DNA from: an uncultured delta proteobacterium
GTDB taxonomy: Bacteria > Desulfobacterota > Syntrophia > Syntrophales > UBA2192
Assembly: GCA_963705165.1 (NCBI GenBank)
Contig: CAVPJD010000032.1
Location: forward strand, 13,754-77,753
Length of the DNA: 64,000 nt
Direction of reading: 5' to 3'
Made by a program: the position numbers and the translations under genes. Positions within the stretch are counted from its first letter, which is position 1. Every line of letters starts with the position of its first letter. Of this stretch, positions 49,214 through 57,435 are shown piece after piece. Under the pieces are notes generated by a model. It was not told the origin of the DNA. It saw nothing but the letters and a program-made list of their open reading frames with translations, and made no database searches.

Positions 49214-49955
49214 ATGAGCGTGAGACAGGAATACCGGCATGCCCAGGAGATTGCCCGGCGGATCACAGGGGAAGTGGGGGAGCCTTTCTTTTACGGCGAG
49301 CAGAAAAAAGCGGTAGAAACCTCCAGCCGTTTATTCAGAGAACACACCCTCGTGACGCAGGCCATCACCGTCCTCGGAGCCGACCCGGACAGGATCGGTC
49401 ACGGGCTCAGCCACGTCACGAAGGTGGCTGTCGATGCGGGTGCGATCATCCTCGTCGAGCGTGAACACGTAGACGAACCCGATCGGGTCCTCAGGCTCGT
49501 CGTCCTGGCCCATGTGGCAGGGGTACTTCACGACATCAAACGGGAGGAGAAGGACCACGCCAGGAAGGGGGCCGAGGAAGCTGAGCGGGTTCTGCGAGAA
49601 TTTCGATCTCAGCGAGGCCGAGCGCTTCGCGATAGCCAGCGCCATCGAGAACCACGAGGCCTTCCGGCCGGTACCGCCTCTGGGTGACCCGGCCCGGCAG
49701 CTGCTTTCCGATGCGCTCTACGACGCCGACAAATTCCGCTGGGGGCCCGACAACTTCTCTGAAATGCTCTGGGACATGGTGTCCAGGCGAGATGTGCCCC
49801 TCTCGAAGGTGCTCGGCCGGTTTCTCAAGGGGATGGAGGGGGTCGAGAGGATCCGGGAGACCTTCCGCAGCGAAACGGGACGGCATTATGGACCCGATTT
49901 CATCGACCGCGGGATGGAGATCGGCCGGCGACTCTATGCGGAGCTGACGCGGTGA
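49214..49955 (+). CDS. HD-domain protein, with an apparent +1 frameshift (~49601)
   Basis: GHGLSH, LHDIKR, DHA..GA; then AIENHEAF, LYDADKFRWG in the next frame. Confidence 0.8.
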
Positions 49956-49962
49956 GAAAAAG

Positions 49963-50065
49963 CAGCCGACAGCCGACAGCCGGCAGCCCACAGCCGACAG
50001 CTAAAAGCGAAAAAGAAAAGCCAACTGAATCTTCACTGTAGGCTGTAGACTGTCGGCTGTAGGCT
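49963..50065 (+). repeat. ACAGCCR/CTGTAGR inverted heptamer element
   Basis: Starts 7 nt after the stop; conserved spacer. Confidence 0.87.
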
Positions 50066-50136
50066 ATTGACGGTAGACTGAAAACCTGACAAACCCTGAA
50101 CTCGATACCCTGAACCCGAATACGAAAGGAGACGGT

Positions 50137-50583
50137 ATGATCAAGAGGATTCTCATGGCGACGGACGGCTCTAAAACATCCGATCGGGCGCTCAAAGTTG
50201 CCATCGAAATGGCAAAGAAGATGGAGGCGAAGCTCGCCCTCGTCGGGGTGATCGACAACCGCCTCTATGTGGGTCGCACGATGCGTGCCTCAGACTCGCC
50301 GACCCGGATTGCAGAATCCGTCGAGGACTACCTGATGCAGGTTGCAGGAGCATACCTTGCCGACGCGTCCAGACAGTGTGAGCAGAGCGGTATCGAGCCC
50401 GAGATCGTCATCCGGACGGGGCATCCGGCCGAGGAGATCCTGAAGGAAGCCCGCCGGTCGAAGGCCGATCTGCTGGTCATGGGATCCCACGGAAAAAGCG
50501 GGATCGGTTCGGTGATGGGCAGCGTCACCTTCACGGTGCTCCACGGGGAGTCACGGGTACCGATCCTCGTCGTCAGGAAGTGA
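50137..50583 (+). CDS. Universal stress protein
   Basis: ILMATDGS, GHPAEEI, DLLVMGSHG, MGSV. Confidence 0.92.
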   Translation: MIKRILMATDGSKTSDRALKVAIEMAKKMEAKLALVGVIDNRLYVGRTMRASDSPTRIAESVEDYLMQVAGAYLADASRQCEQSGIEPEIVIRTGHPAEEILKEARRSKADLLVMGSHGKSGIGSVMGSVTFTVLHGESRVPILVVRK

Positions 50584-50594
50584 GGGACAGAGTC

Positions 50595-51152
50595 ATGGAC
50601 GACAGGAAAGCGGGCGGCCGCCAGTCGACGCTCGTCTACAGGGGGCCAGTCTTCAACCTGTACGAGGATGATGTCGAACTGCCGAACGGCAGGATGGTCC
50701 GGAGAAGCCGGGTCGAGCACAGGCCCACCATCGGCGTTGTCCCGTACATCGGCGACGGCCAGATCGTACTGATCCGACAGCACCGGCATGCCGTCGGGAC
50801 GTCACTGATCGAGATCCCGGCCGGAACCATGGACAAGGGGCACGAATCCCCGGAGGACTGTGTGCAGAGGGAGCTTGCCGAAGAGGCGGGCTTCCGGGCA
50901 GGTCGGCTTGTGAAACTGTTCGGTGGGTATCTCGTCCCCGGATACGCGGACGAGTTCATGCACTTCTACCTGGCCCTCGATCTCATCGAGGCGCCGCTTC
51001 CGCCCGATGAAGACGAGTTCATCGAGACCATGACCTGCCCGCTCAGCGATGCCCTGCGCATGATCCGGGACGGGAGGATCGTCGACAGCAAGACGGCCTT
51101 GGCCCTTCTCCTTGCTGCGGATTATCTCCGTGAAAACAAGATGATGCGGTAG
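50595..51152 (+). CDS. NUDIX hydrolase (ADP-ribose pyrophosphatase-like)
   Basis: EIPAG..D..E......RELAEEAG, DEDEFIE, DSKT. Confidence 0.9.
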   Translation: MDDRKAGGRQSTLVYRGPVFNLYEDDVELPNGRMVRRSRVEHRPTIGVVPYIGDGQIVLIRQHRHAVGTSLIEIPAGTMDKGHESPEDCVQRELAEEAGFRAGRLVKLFGGYLVPGYADEFMHFYLALDLIEAPLPPDEDEFIETMTCPLSDALRMIRDGRIVDSKTALALLLAADYLRENKMMR

Positions 51153-51188
51153 GGCAGGGACCGGCTGCCTCTTCCCGGGAGCTGCCGC

Positions 51189-51353
51189 CTAGCTCTTCTT
51201 GCTCGTCTTGGCCTGGAACGTGGTCATCTGCTGCTTCACATTCCTTTTCTTGCAGGCGGGGCAGTTGATTTTACCCTTGTCGCGTTCTGCCATGCTCATG
51301 ACAAGAGTGAATTTTCGCCTGCAGTCCTCACAACGGAATTCATAGGTCGGCAC
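51189..51353 (-). CDS. FmdB-family zinc-ribbon small protein (54 aa), not in the ORF track
   Basis: AAGGAGG RBS, GTG start; MPTYEFRCEDC...CPAC...TSKKS. Confidence 0.85.
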   Translation of the reverse strand: MPTYEFRCEDCRRKFTLVMSMAERDKGKINCPACKKRNVKQQMTTFQAKTSKKS

Positions 51354-51512
51354 CGCTCATCCCTCCTTTGTACATATTCAATCACTACGGGTTCAATTCC
51401 CCGAAGCTCGCTGCGAGTTAATTCATTATCTGACAGGTCCGTCGACGGCCGTCAAGTCCCATCTGAGACCCCCGGCATGACCGGTCATGATCCGCCTGGA
51501 GGCCTTCGCCGA

Positions 51513-51528
51513 TGGCACGAATCCTGCT
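51513..51528 (+). promoter_or_regulatory. Sigma-54 promoter
   Basis: TGGCACGAATCCTGCT; implies that rlpA starts downstream (GTG 51590). Confidence 0.65.
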
Positions 51529-51589
51529 GACGATTGAAAACAACTTTGATGCCCATCGGAAATCAAACAAAACCACAACGGAGGACTGT

Positions 51590-52309
51590 GTGGACACCTA
51601 TAAAATCCAAAGAGGTGACACGATTGATCGGGTCACGAAAAAGCTGGGAATGAGCTGGGACGAATTCCGGCAAGTCAACCCCGATGCCGTAGGGCGTTCT
51701 GCCAAGACGGGAAAATGGATCATCAAGGCAGGAACCGAGGTCAAGGGGCCGGAAACCTTCCAGTCGGTGCTCCAGAAACAGCAATCAGCTGCCAGGGGCA
51801 CCGCAAAGGATTCCGAAGCCCCGAAATCGAAAGGTCAATGGACGGAATACACCGTGAAGCAGGGAGACACCCTGTGGGGGCTGGCCCGGGATACCTTCGG
51901 GACCACCGTCAAGGAGATCGCGAAAACGAACAAAATCACGAATCCCGACCGCATCCACCCGGGGCAGAAAATCCGGGTTAATATACCGGACGCTGCAGAG
52001 AAGGTGACACCCGAAGCCGGTGAGCGGTCCGAGGTGGTCGCCAGTTGGTACGGGAAAGAGTATCACGGCAGGCCCATGGCAAACGGTAAGACCTATAATA
52101 TGTATGCCAGCACGATCGCCCACCGGACGCTTCCCCTCGGGACAAAGGTGGAATTGACGAACCCCGATACGAGCCAGATCGTCCGGGCCGTCGTGACGGA
52201 CCGTGGGCCCTTCATTGACGGACGTGACGTGGATCTGTCCTACGGCATTGCCAAGAAGCTCTCCATTGTGGAGAAAGGCGTGGGCAAGGTGATCATGGAA
52301 ATTCTGTGA
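51590..52309 (+). CDS. LysM-containing RlpA-family lytic transglycosylase
   Basis: Two LysM motifs (YKIQRGDT, YTVKQGDTL); ASWYG, AHRTLPLGT, DRGPF..GR.VDLS. Confidence 0.88.
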   Translation: MDTYKIQRGDTIDRVTKKLGMSWDEFRQVNPDAVGRSAKTGKWIIKAGTEVKGPETFQSVLQKQQSAARGTAKDSEAPKSKGQWTEYTVKQGDTLWGLARDTFGTTVKEIAKTNKITNPDRIHPGQKIRVNIPDAAEKVTPEAGERSEVVASWYGKEYHGRPMANGKTYNMYASTIAHRTLPLGTKVELTNPDTSQIVRAVVTDRGPFIDGRDVDLSYGIAKKLSIVEKGVGKVIMEIL

Positions 52310-52409
52310 GTGGCGATGCGGGGGCCAGCATCAGGCTTCGGGCTTCAGGAACAAAAATAGACCCCCGTCCCGGTATTTCGAGATCCGGGCGGGTTTTTTT
52401 ATTAGGAGG

Positions 52410-52510
52410 ACCTGTCTGGCCGCTTTGGTCTATTGGTCTATTTAGTCTATTGGGTCTGTCTGGTCTATTCGTTCTGTCCGTTTTCTGGTCTATCCCGTCT
52501 GTCCCGTCTC
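52410..52510. repeat. GTCT-containing ~9-nt tandem array
   Basis: ATTTAGTCT ATTGGGTCT GTCTGGTCT ... ATCCCGTCT GTCCCGTCT; reverse complement of the 7650-7726 family. Confidence 0.7.
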
Positions 52511-52525
52511 CGGGCCTTTGATCCT

Positions 52526-52777
52526 TTAGCCTCTCGCCTTGGGCCTGCGTTCGATCCGGTCCCAGGCGTCCTTGTAGAGCCGGCCGATGCAGAGCGCCAG
52601 CCCCAGGAAAAACAATCCCAGCATGAACGTCGGAGGCGTGTTGAGCATCTCGTCGATCATATGACCCACGTACAGGAAGAGCATCGAGGCAATCACGATC
52701 GCAAACCCCCAGGCGCCGATTACAAGGATGTGTGAGAAATCGATCTGCCGCGGTCTTGCTTTCACTTGCGCTGCCAT
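52526..52777 (-). CDS. AtpZ/AtpI-family small membrane protein
   Basis: G..ID..LNT.P.FMLG..FLG pattern; GGAGG RBS. Confidence 0.7.
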   Translation of the reverse strand: MAAQVKARPRQIDFSHILVIGAWGFAIVIASMLFLYVGHMIDEMLNTPPTFMLGLFFLGLALCIGRLYKDAWDRIERRPKARG

Positions 52778-52838
52778 GGTGATTACCTCCTGTTCCTGTC
52801 TTGTCCCTGGACCCTGGACCCTATACCCTGGACCCTGT

Positions 52839-53111
52839 TTACATCAGGTTCTTGATCGCATCGGCCACGGGGCTCGTGAACAGGGCCACCATCACCGCGT
52901 ACATCGCGAAGCTGCCAACGGCCTCGCTGAGGTAGAGCTTCTCGTACTTCTGCTTGAGGGACACGATCGTCATGCCGCCCACAATCAGGGCCCCCAGGTG
53001 GAAGTAGGGGAAGTTGCCGGCGCCGGCGGCGGCATACTCGGCAAAGCTGAAGGTTGCGGTGATCAGCACTACGACTGCGGAAAGAATCAGGGTGGAAAGC
53101 GTCTTTTTCAT
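52839..53111 (-). CDS. Hypothetical membrane protein
   Basis: GGAGG RBS; signal-like N-terminus plus 2 TM; followed directly by AGGGTCC heptamers (52805-52838). Confidence 0.72.
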   Translation of the reverse strand: MKKTLSTLILSAVVVLITATFSFAEYAAAGAGNFPYFHLGALIVGGMTIVSLKQKYEKLYLSEAVGSFAMYAVMVALFTSPVADAIKNLM

Positions 53112-53135
53112 TTTGAGGTCCTCCAGTTTAGTTTT

Positions 53136-53222
53136 GGCTGAAGGCTGAGGGCTTATGGCTTGGGGAGTTTGATATTCTTCTTTTTCTCTTCCTTTAGCCT
53201 TATGCCCTTTGCCTTACGCCTT
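53136..53222. repeat. Inverted GGCTGAR/GCCTTAY heptamer element
   Basis: GGCTGAAGGCTGAGGGCTTATGGCTT...AGCCTTATGCCCTTTGCCTTACGCCTT. Confidence 0.65.
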
Positions 53223-53432
53223 CTGTATATAGGAAGGACCGTGCCAGGACGGGCGCCGGGCAAAAGATAGTTTGCAAGTTGCCGCTACAAAAGGGGAAAT
53301 TGCGACGTGCGGGCTTGTCGGTTTATCCTCCGATGCCCTCAAAGAGGCCCCTTTTTGAAAGAAACGTTCAATCGGGGGTGAACGAAACATTGAAAGAAGC
53401 GTGTCGCGTGTAGGGGGTAGCGTGTAGGCAAA

Positions 53433-53544
53433 CAGCCGACAGTCGGCAGCCCACAGCCGACAGCTAAAAACGAATCTTTACTGTAGGCTGTAGACTGTCT
53501 GCTGTAGGCTTCCTTGTAGGCTGTAGGCTGTCTACTGTCGGCTT
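53433..53544 (+). repeat. ACAGCCR/CTGTAGR inverted heptamer element
   Basis: Conserved GAATCTTTACTGTAGG junction. Confidence 0.85.
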
Positions 53545-53592
53545 TTGATGGCATGTGTTATAAAGGATTATGACTTTTCGGGGAAAGGAGGG

Positions 53593-53895
53593 ATGGAGAT
53601 GAGGAGGATTCTGACAGGTATTTTATTGTCGGTGATTATGTTGTCCGTCATTCACGGGGTCGCACAGGCGCAGGAAAGGAAGCTTCCGGAACCGGGCGGA
53701 GGGACCGTGGCCGTTCTCGACAAGGGAACCTTCGTTGAGGTGCGTGACCGCGGGCCCGGTAACCACAGCGTCATCCTTTACGAGGTCGTGAAGGGGAAAA
53801 TCCGGGTTGTCGATGCGGTGAGAGTCGACGGCGATTTCACAAAGAATCCCCCGATCATACGGTATACGCGCATTAGCGATATCAAGGAACAGTAG
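53593..53895 (+). CDS. Hypothetical exported protein
   Basis: AAGGAGG RBS; signal peptide ending VAQA. Confidence 0.7.
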   Translation: MEMRRILTGILLSVIMLSVIHGVAQAQERKLPEPGGGTVAVLDKGTFVEVRDRGPGNHSVILYEVVKGKIRVVDAVRVDGDFTKNPPIIRYTRISDIKEQ

Positions 53896-53973
53896 AAGGT
53901 AACAGGTAACAGGTAACAGGACCCAGCTGTCGATGGTCTTTTCCTGTCACCTGCCACCTGATACCTGTCACCT
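53896..53973. repeat. Inverted AGGTAAC/TCACCTG heptamer element between convergent stops
   Basis: (AGGTAAC)x3 ... CCTGTCACCTGCCACCTGATACCTGTCACCTT. Confidence 0.85.
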
Positions 53974-53974
53974 T

Positions 53975-55306
53975 TTAGTCCCGGGGCCAGATCTTCTTGA
54001 AGGCCGTTTTCGGGAAGAAGCATTGCGGGCACTCCTCGGGGGGTTCAGGCCCGTAGTGAGTGTGGCCGCAGATCCTGCAGCGCCAGGCGATCGTGTCTTT
54101 ATCGAGGTGAACGTCTCGATCCGCAAGCAGCGGGAAATCCTCGATGGGCGGCATCACGGGCTTGTAGCCGTCGAGAACGTACCGGGACACGACGATCCTC
54201 TGGATTTCACTCGTTCCCTCGTAGATCATCGGGAGCCGCATGTCGCGCAGGAGCTTCTCGATGGGGAAGAGCCGGGTGTAGCCGTACCCTCCGAAGATCT
54301 GGAGGGCCTCACTCACCACCTCGAAGGCCACCTCCGTGGCATAGAACTTCGCAATCGATGCCGAGATGGTGGGGTCCATCCCCGAATCGTTCTCCCAGGC
54401 GGCCTTCCAGGTGAGCAGCCTGGCCGTCTCCACCTTCTGGTACATCTCGGCAATCTTGAAATCGATGGCCTGGAAGTCGGCCAGTCGCGCTCCGAAGGCC
54501 CGGCGCTTCTTCGCATAGTCCACGGCCAGTTCCATGGCCGATCGGGCTGCGCCGACGCCGAAGGAGCCGATGATCGGCCGCGTCCTGGCAAAGGTCGTCA
54601 TGGCCATCACAAACCCTTCGCCGGGCTGCGCCAGTACATTTTCCGCCGGCACGCGCGTGTTCGTAAAGTGAATCCCCGCCGTGTTGGAACCGCGCTGGCC
54701 CAATTTGGGGATCGTCTTGCCGACCCTGACGCCGTCCCAACCCTTCTCAACCAGGAAGGCCGCGATCCCCTTGTGGCCCAGCGACGGATCGATGGTGGCG
54801 AAGATGGCAAAGTAGTCGGCCACGCCCGAGTTGGTGACCCAGTATTTGGTCCCGTTCAGGATATAGTCGTCGCCGGACTTTTCGGCCTTGCAGCGCATGC
54901 CCGCCACATCCGATCCGGCCAGCGGCTCCGACGTGGCGAAGCAGATGAGTTTGAAATCTTTTGCCAGAACGGGGAGATATTTTTCTTTCGCCTTCACGTT
55001 GCGCGACAGCAGGATCGGTTCTGTGCCGAGCGAATTGTCGAAAATCGACGTGGCGAGTCCCGCGCAGGCCGCCGAGATTTCCTCGACCACCAGGGCGCAC
55101 TCGATCAGCCCGCGGCCCTGACCCCCGTATTTTGCGGGGAGGGTGAGGTTCATGATCCCTTCTTCCCAGGCTCTCTTGAGAATGTAGAGGGGCAGCTCGT
55201 CTGTCTCGTCGTAATGCCAGGCGATGGGGAGGACCTCGTCGACGGCAAAACGGCGTGCCTTGTCTCTCAATTCAATCTGTTCGGGGGTGAGAGAGAAATT
55301 CAGCAT
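53975..55306 (-). CDS. Acyl-CoA dehydrogenase with a C-terminal rubredoxin-like domain
   Basis: SEPLAGSD, LNGTKYWVTN, QIFGGYG, IYEGTSEIQR; WRCRICG..H.G.EPPE.CPQC. Confidence 0.92.
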   Translation of the reverse strand: MLNFSLTPEQIELRDKARRFAVDEVLPIAWHYDETDELPLYILKRAWEEGIMNLTLPAKYGGQGRGLIECALVVEEISAACAGLATSIFDNSLGTEPILLSRNVKAKEKYLPVLAKDFKLICFATSEPLAGSDVAGMRCKAEKSGDDYILNGTKYWVTNSGVADYFAIFATIDPSLGHKGIAAFLVEKGWDGVRVGKTIPKLGQRGSNTAGIHFTNTRVPAENVLAQPGEGFVMAMTTFARTRPIIGSFGVGAARSAMELAVDYAKKRRAFGARLADFQAIDFKIAEMYQKVETARLLTWKAAWENDSGMDPTISASIAKFYATEVAFEVVSEALQIFGGYGYTRLFPIEKLLRDMRLPMIYEGTSEIQRIVVSRYVLDGYKPVMPPIEDFPLLADRDVHLDKDTIAWRCRICGHTHYGPEPPEECPQCFFPKTAFKKIWPRD

Positions 55307-55527
55307 CGAAAACCTCCTTCTATTGTCTTTCAGAGGTTAATGTGTGATTGCGAACGGCGGGAAGTATCATCGGATCGATCAGTCTCTTTGCTATTGTTAA
55401 ACGAAAATGACGTCAATATCAAGCCGATCTTGCACACGGGGATTCCAGCATTCACAAAGGTCTTTATTGCCTCGCGTCTGCGTGCTATACTTTTATTACA
55501 AATCGCTCATGAAGGAGGAACAGACCC

Positions 55528-55608
55528 ATGACTCTCGTGATGTATATTCTTATCGGTGTCATCCTCGTTGCCGCACTGTTCTTTATCGTCCGCGGTAAAA
55601 AACCCTGA
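55528..55608 (+). CDS. Putative 26-aa single-TM microprotein
   Basis: AAGGAGG RBS; MTLVMYILIGVILVAALFFIVRGKKP*. Confidence 0.55.
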   Translation: MTLVMYILIGVILVAALFFIVRGKKP

Positions 55609-55892
55609 AACAGCATGACATGAAGGCGCAAAGTCCGTGCGGGTGAAAGTGATACCTGCCCGAAGAGAGCCTTCCCTCGCACGTTTTGACATCCGGCGCC
55701 CTGCAATATTAGGATTGACAGCCCTTTCGTACTCATGTAGCCTTGGAACGCTTTCACAGAAAGATCCTTCGGGGAGGGAACCCGCCGGAAGGAACTGGAT
55801 TCCATGATCTACATCAGGTACTCTCATCCCGATTCCCGGGAAGGGGGTGCCGTGGGCAAGCCCTGCTCATCTGGCGGGGACGCCTCATTTGA

Positions 55893-56110
55893 AGCTCCCC
55901 GCCCACAGGGCGGGGCTTCCCGGCAAGGATGGTTCGTCGTTCGACAGGCTCACGATGACTGCTCACCATGACGATGGAAATGTCATCCTGAGCGCCTGTC
56001 CTGAGTTCATCGAAGGATGTCGAAGGACACCCTCACCCCAACCCTCTCCTGAAAAAGGATTGGGATTACTCACCCTCACCTCATTCCTCTCCCCTCAAGG
56101 GAGAGGAAGA
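55893..56110. repeat. Cluster of palindromic elements (CCCCGCCC, TTCGACAGGCTCA/GTCATCCTGAG, CCCTCACCC families)
   Basis: Several short inverted repeats in a long intergenic region. Confidence 0.65.
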
Positions 56111-56211
56111 TCAAGGAAAATGTTTTACCTAGGAGAGGGAGATCAGGGTAGTGATTTTTCTGAGGTGCCCTTGGTCAACATCCCTTGAGCAAATGGAGGA
56201 GAGGGACTCGA

Positions 56212-57249
56212 ATGAGGAAGCGACAGATTTGCCTGTGGGCGAGCCTGATCTTTTTCTGCCTGCCCCTTCTGTTTGCCTCACCCTCGTCGGCCGCAGAGCG
56301 CTACACGGTGAGACCCGGCGACAGCCTTCACAAGATCGCAAAGAAATTCCACGTCAGCGTCGATGACCTCAAGGAAGCCAACCGCCTGGACGGCGACAGC
56401 CTGAGGCCGAATCAGGTTCTCGTCATTCCGGGCGGCAAGTCGGCAAAAAAAACCGCAGAGAAGAGCGCTACAAAAAAGAAGACCGGCACGGACGCAACGG
56501 TCTATGTCGTGAAACAGGGCGATACCCTCGCAGGGGTGTCGGAAAAAACGGGTGTGCCCGCATCGGAGATCAGGAAGACCAACGGGCTTCGGTCATCGAA
56601 GTTGAAAGCAGGACAGCGACTTGCCCTGGCGAAACCTCCTGCAAAAGCGGAAGAGGACGAGGATGATCTCGAAGAGGCCGGGTCCATTGAGGTCGGTGAG
56701 CTGGCGTCCGGCGCGGAAGACCGGGAGAGAGGGGAGAGCGTTGCCCCGATCTCGCTTTCACGATGGAAGGATACGGGGGAGAGGGACCTTTTCGTCAAGG
56801 TGGTGAAATCCTACGAGGGCGTACCCTACAAACTCGGCGGGAATTCGATGCGGGGAATAGACTGCTCGGCCTTCACCAGGAAAGTTTACGGCGTCTTCAG
56901 CATCGATCTGCCCAGAACAGCAAGGGAACAGCTCCAGCAGGGCAAGCGCGTCGGGCGAGATGACCTGGACACCGGGGATCTCGTGTTCTTCCAGACGCGG
57001 CGAAATCGGATCCACGTGGGAATCTTCCTGGGCGGGAGCGAATTCTTCCATCTCTCGTCGCGAAACAGGGCAGGGAAAGTCGACAAAATCGACTCGACCT
57101 ATTTCAGTACCCGCTTCATCAGCGGAGTCCGTCTGAAAGAAACAAACCGTCCCGCGAATCTCCAAAACCCGACAGGACCGGGTGCTCCCGCCGCAAGCCC
57201 GCCAGCGGTGTCACCCTCGGCCGAGGCGGCTCACTCGCCGGGAAGTTGA
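56212..57249 (+). CDS. LysM + NlpC/P60 peptidoglycan endopeptidase
   Basis: Signal peptide, two LysM; PYKLGG...GIDCSAF, LPRTAREQ, GDLVFF, HVGIF. Confidence 0.92.
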   Translation: MRKRQICLWASLIFFCLPLLFASPSSAAERYTVRPGDSLHKIAKKFHVSVDDLKEANRLDGDSLRPNQVLVIPGGKSAKKTAEKSATKKKTGTDATVYVVKQGDTLAGVSEKTGVPASEIRKTNGLRSSKLKAGQRLALAKPPAKAEEDEDDLEEAGSIEVGELASGAEDRERGESVAPISLSRWKDTGERDLFVKVVKSYEGVPYKLGGNSMRGIDCSAFTRKVYGVFSIDLPRTAREQLQQGKRVGRDDLDTGDLVFFQTRRNRIHVGIFLGGSEFFHLSSRNRAGKVDKIDSTYFSTRFISGVRLKETNRPANLQNPTGPGAPAASPPAVSPSAEAAHSPGS

Positions 57250-57276
57250 TCGCACGTACCCGCTGAAATCAAAGAA

Positions 57277-57318
57277 AAACGCCCCGATTCTTTCAGAAAG
57301 AATCGGGGCGTTCTTTTC
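57277..57318. terminator. Bidirectional terminator
   Basis: AACGCCCCGATTCTTTC A GAAAGAATCGGGGCGTT. Confidence 0.75.
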
Positions 57319-57435
57319 AGCCACACCTCAAGCCTCCCCCCGGGAAATGGAACTAAGATTATTCCCCCTCCTCCACTTCCTCCTCCCACCAGGGGAGGAG
57401 AACAGAGGAATGGGTCTTCATAGGGGAGAGGAAGG

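Noticed and set aside
55610..55850. Possible riboswitch or ncRNA (GCGCAAAG motif, hairpins); similar look at 43840-44040
   Set aside because: I could not match the full c-di-GMP-I or any other Rfam consensus by eye; an Infernal/Rfam scan is needed.
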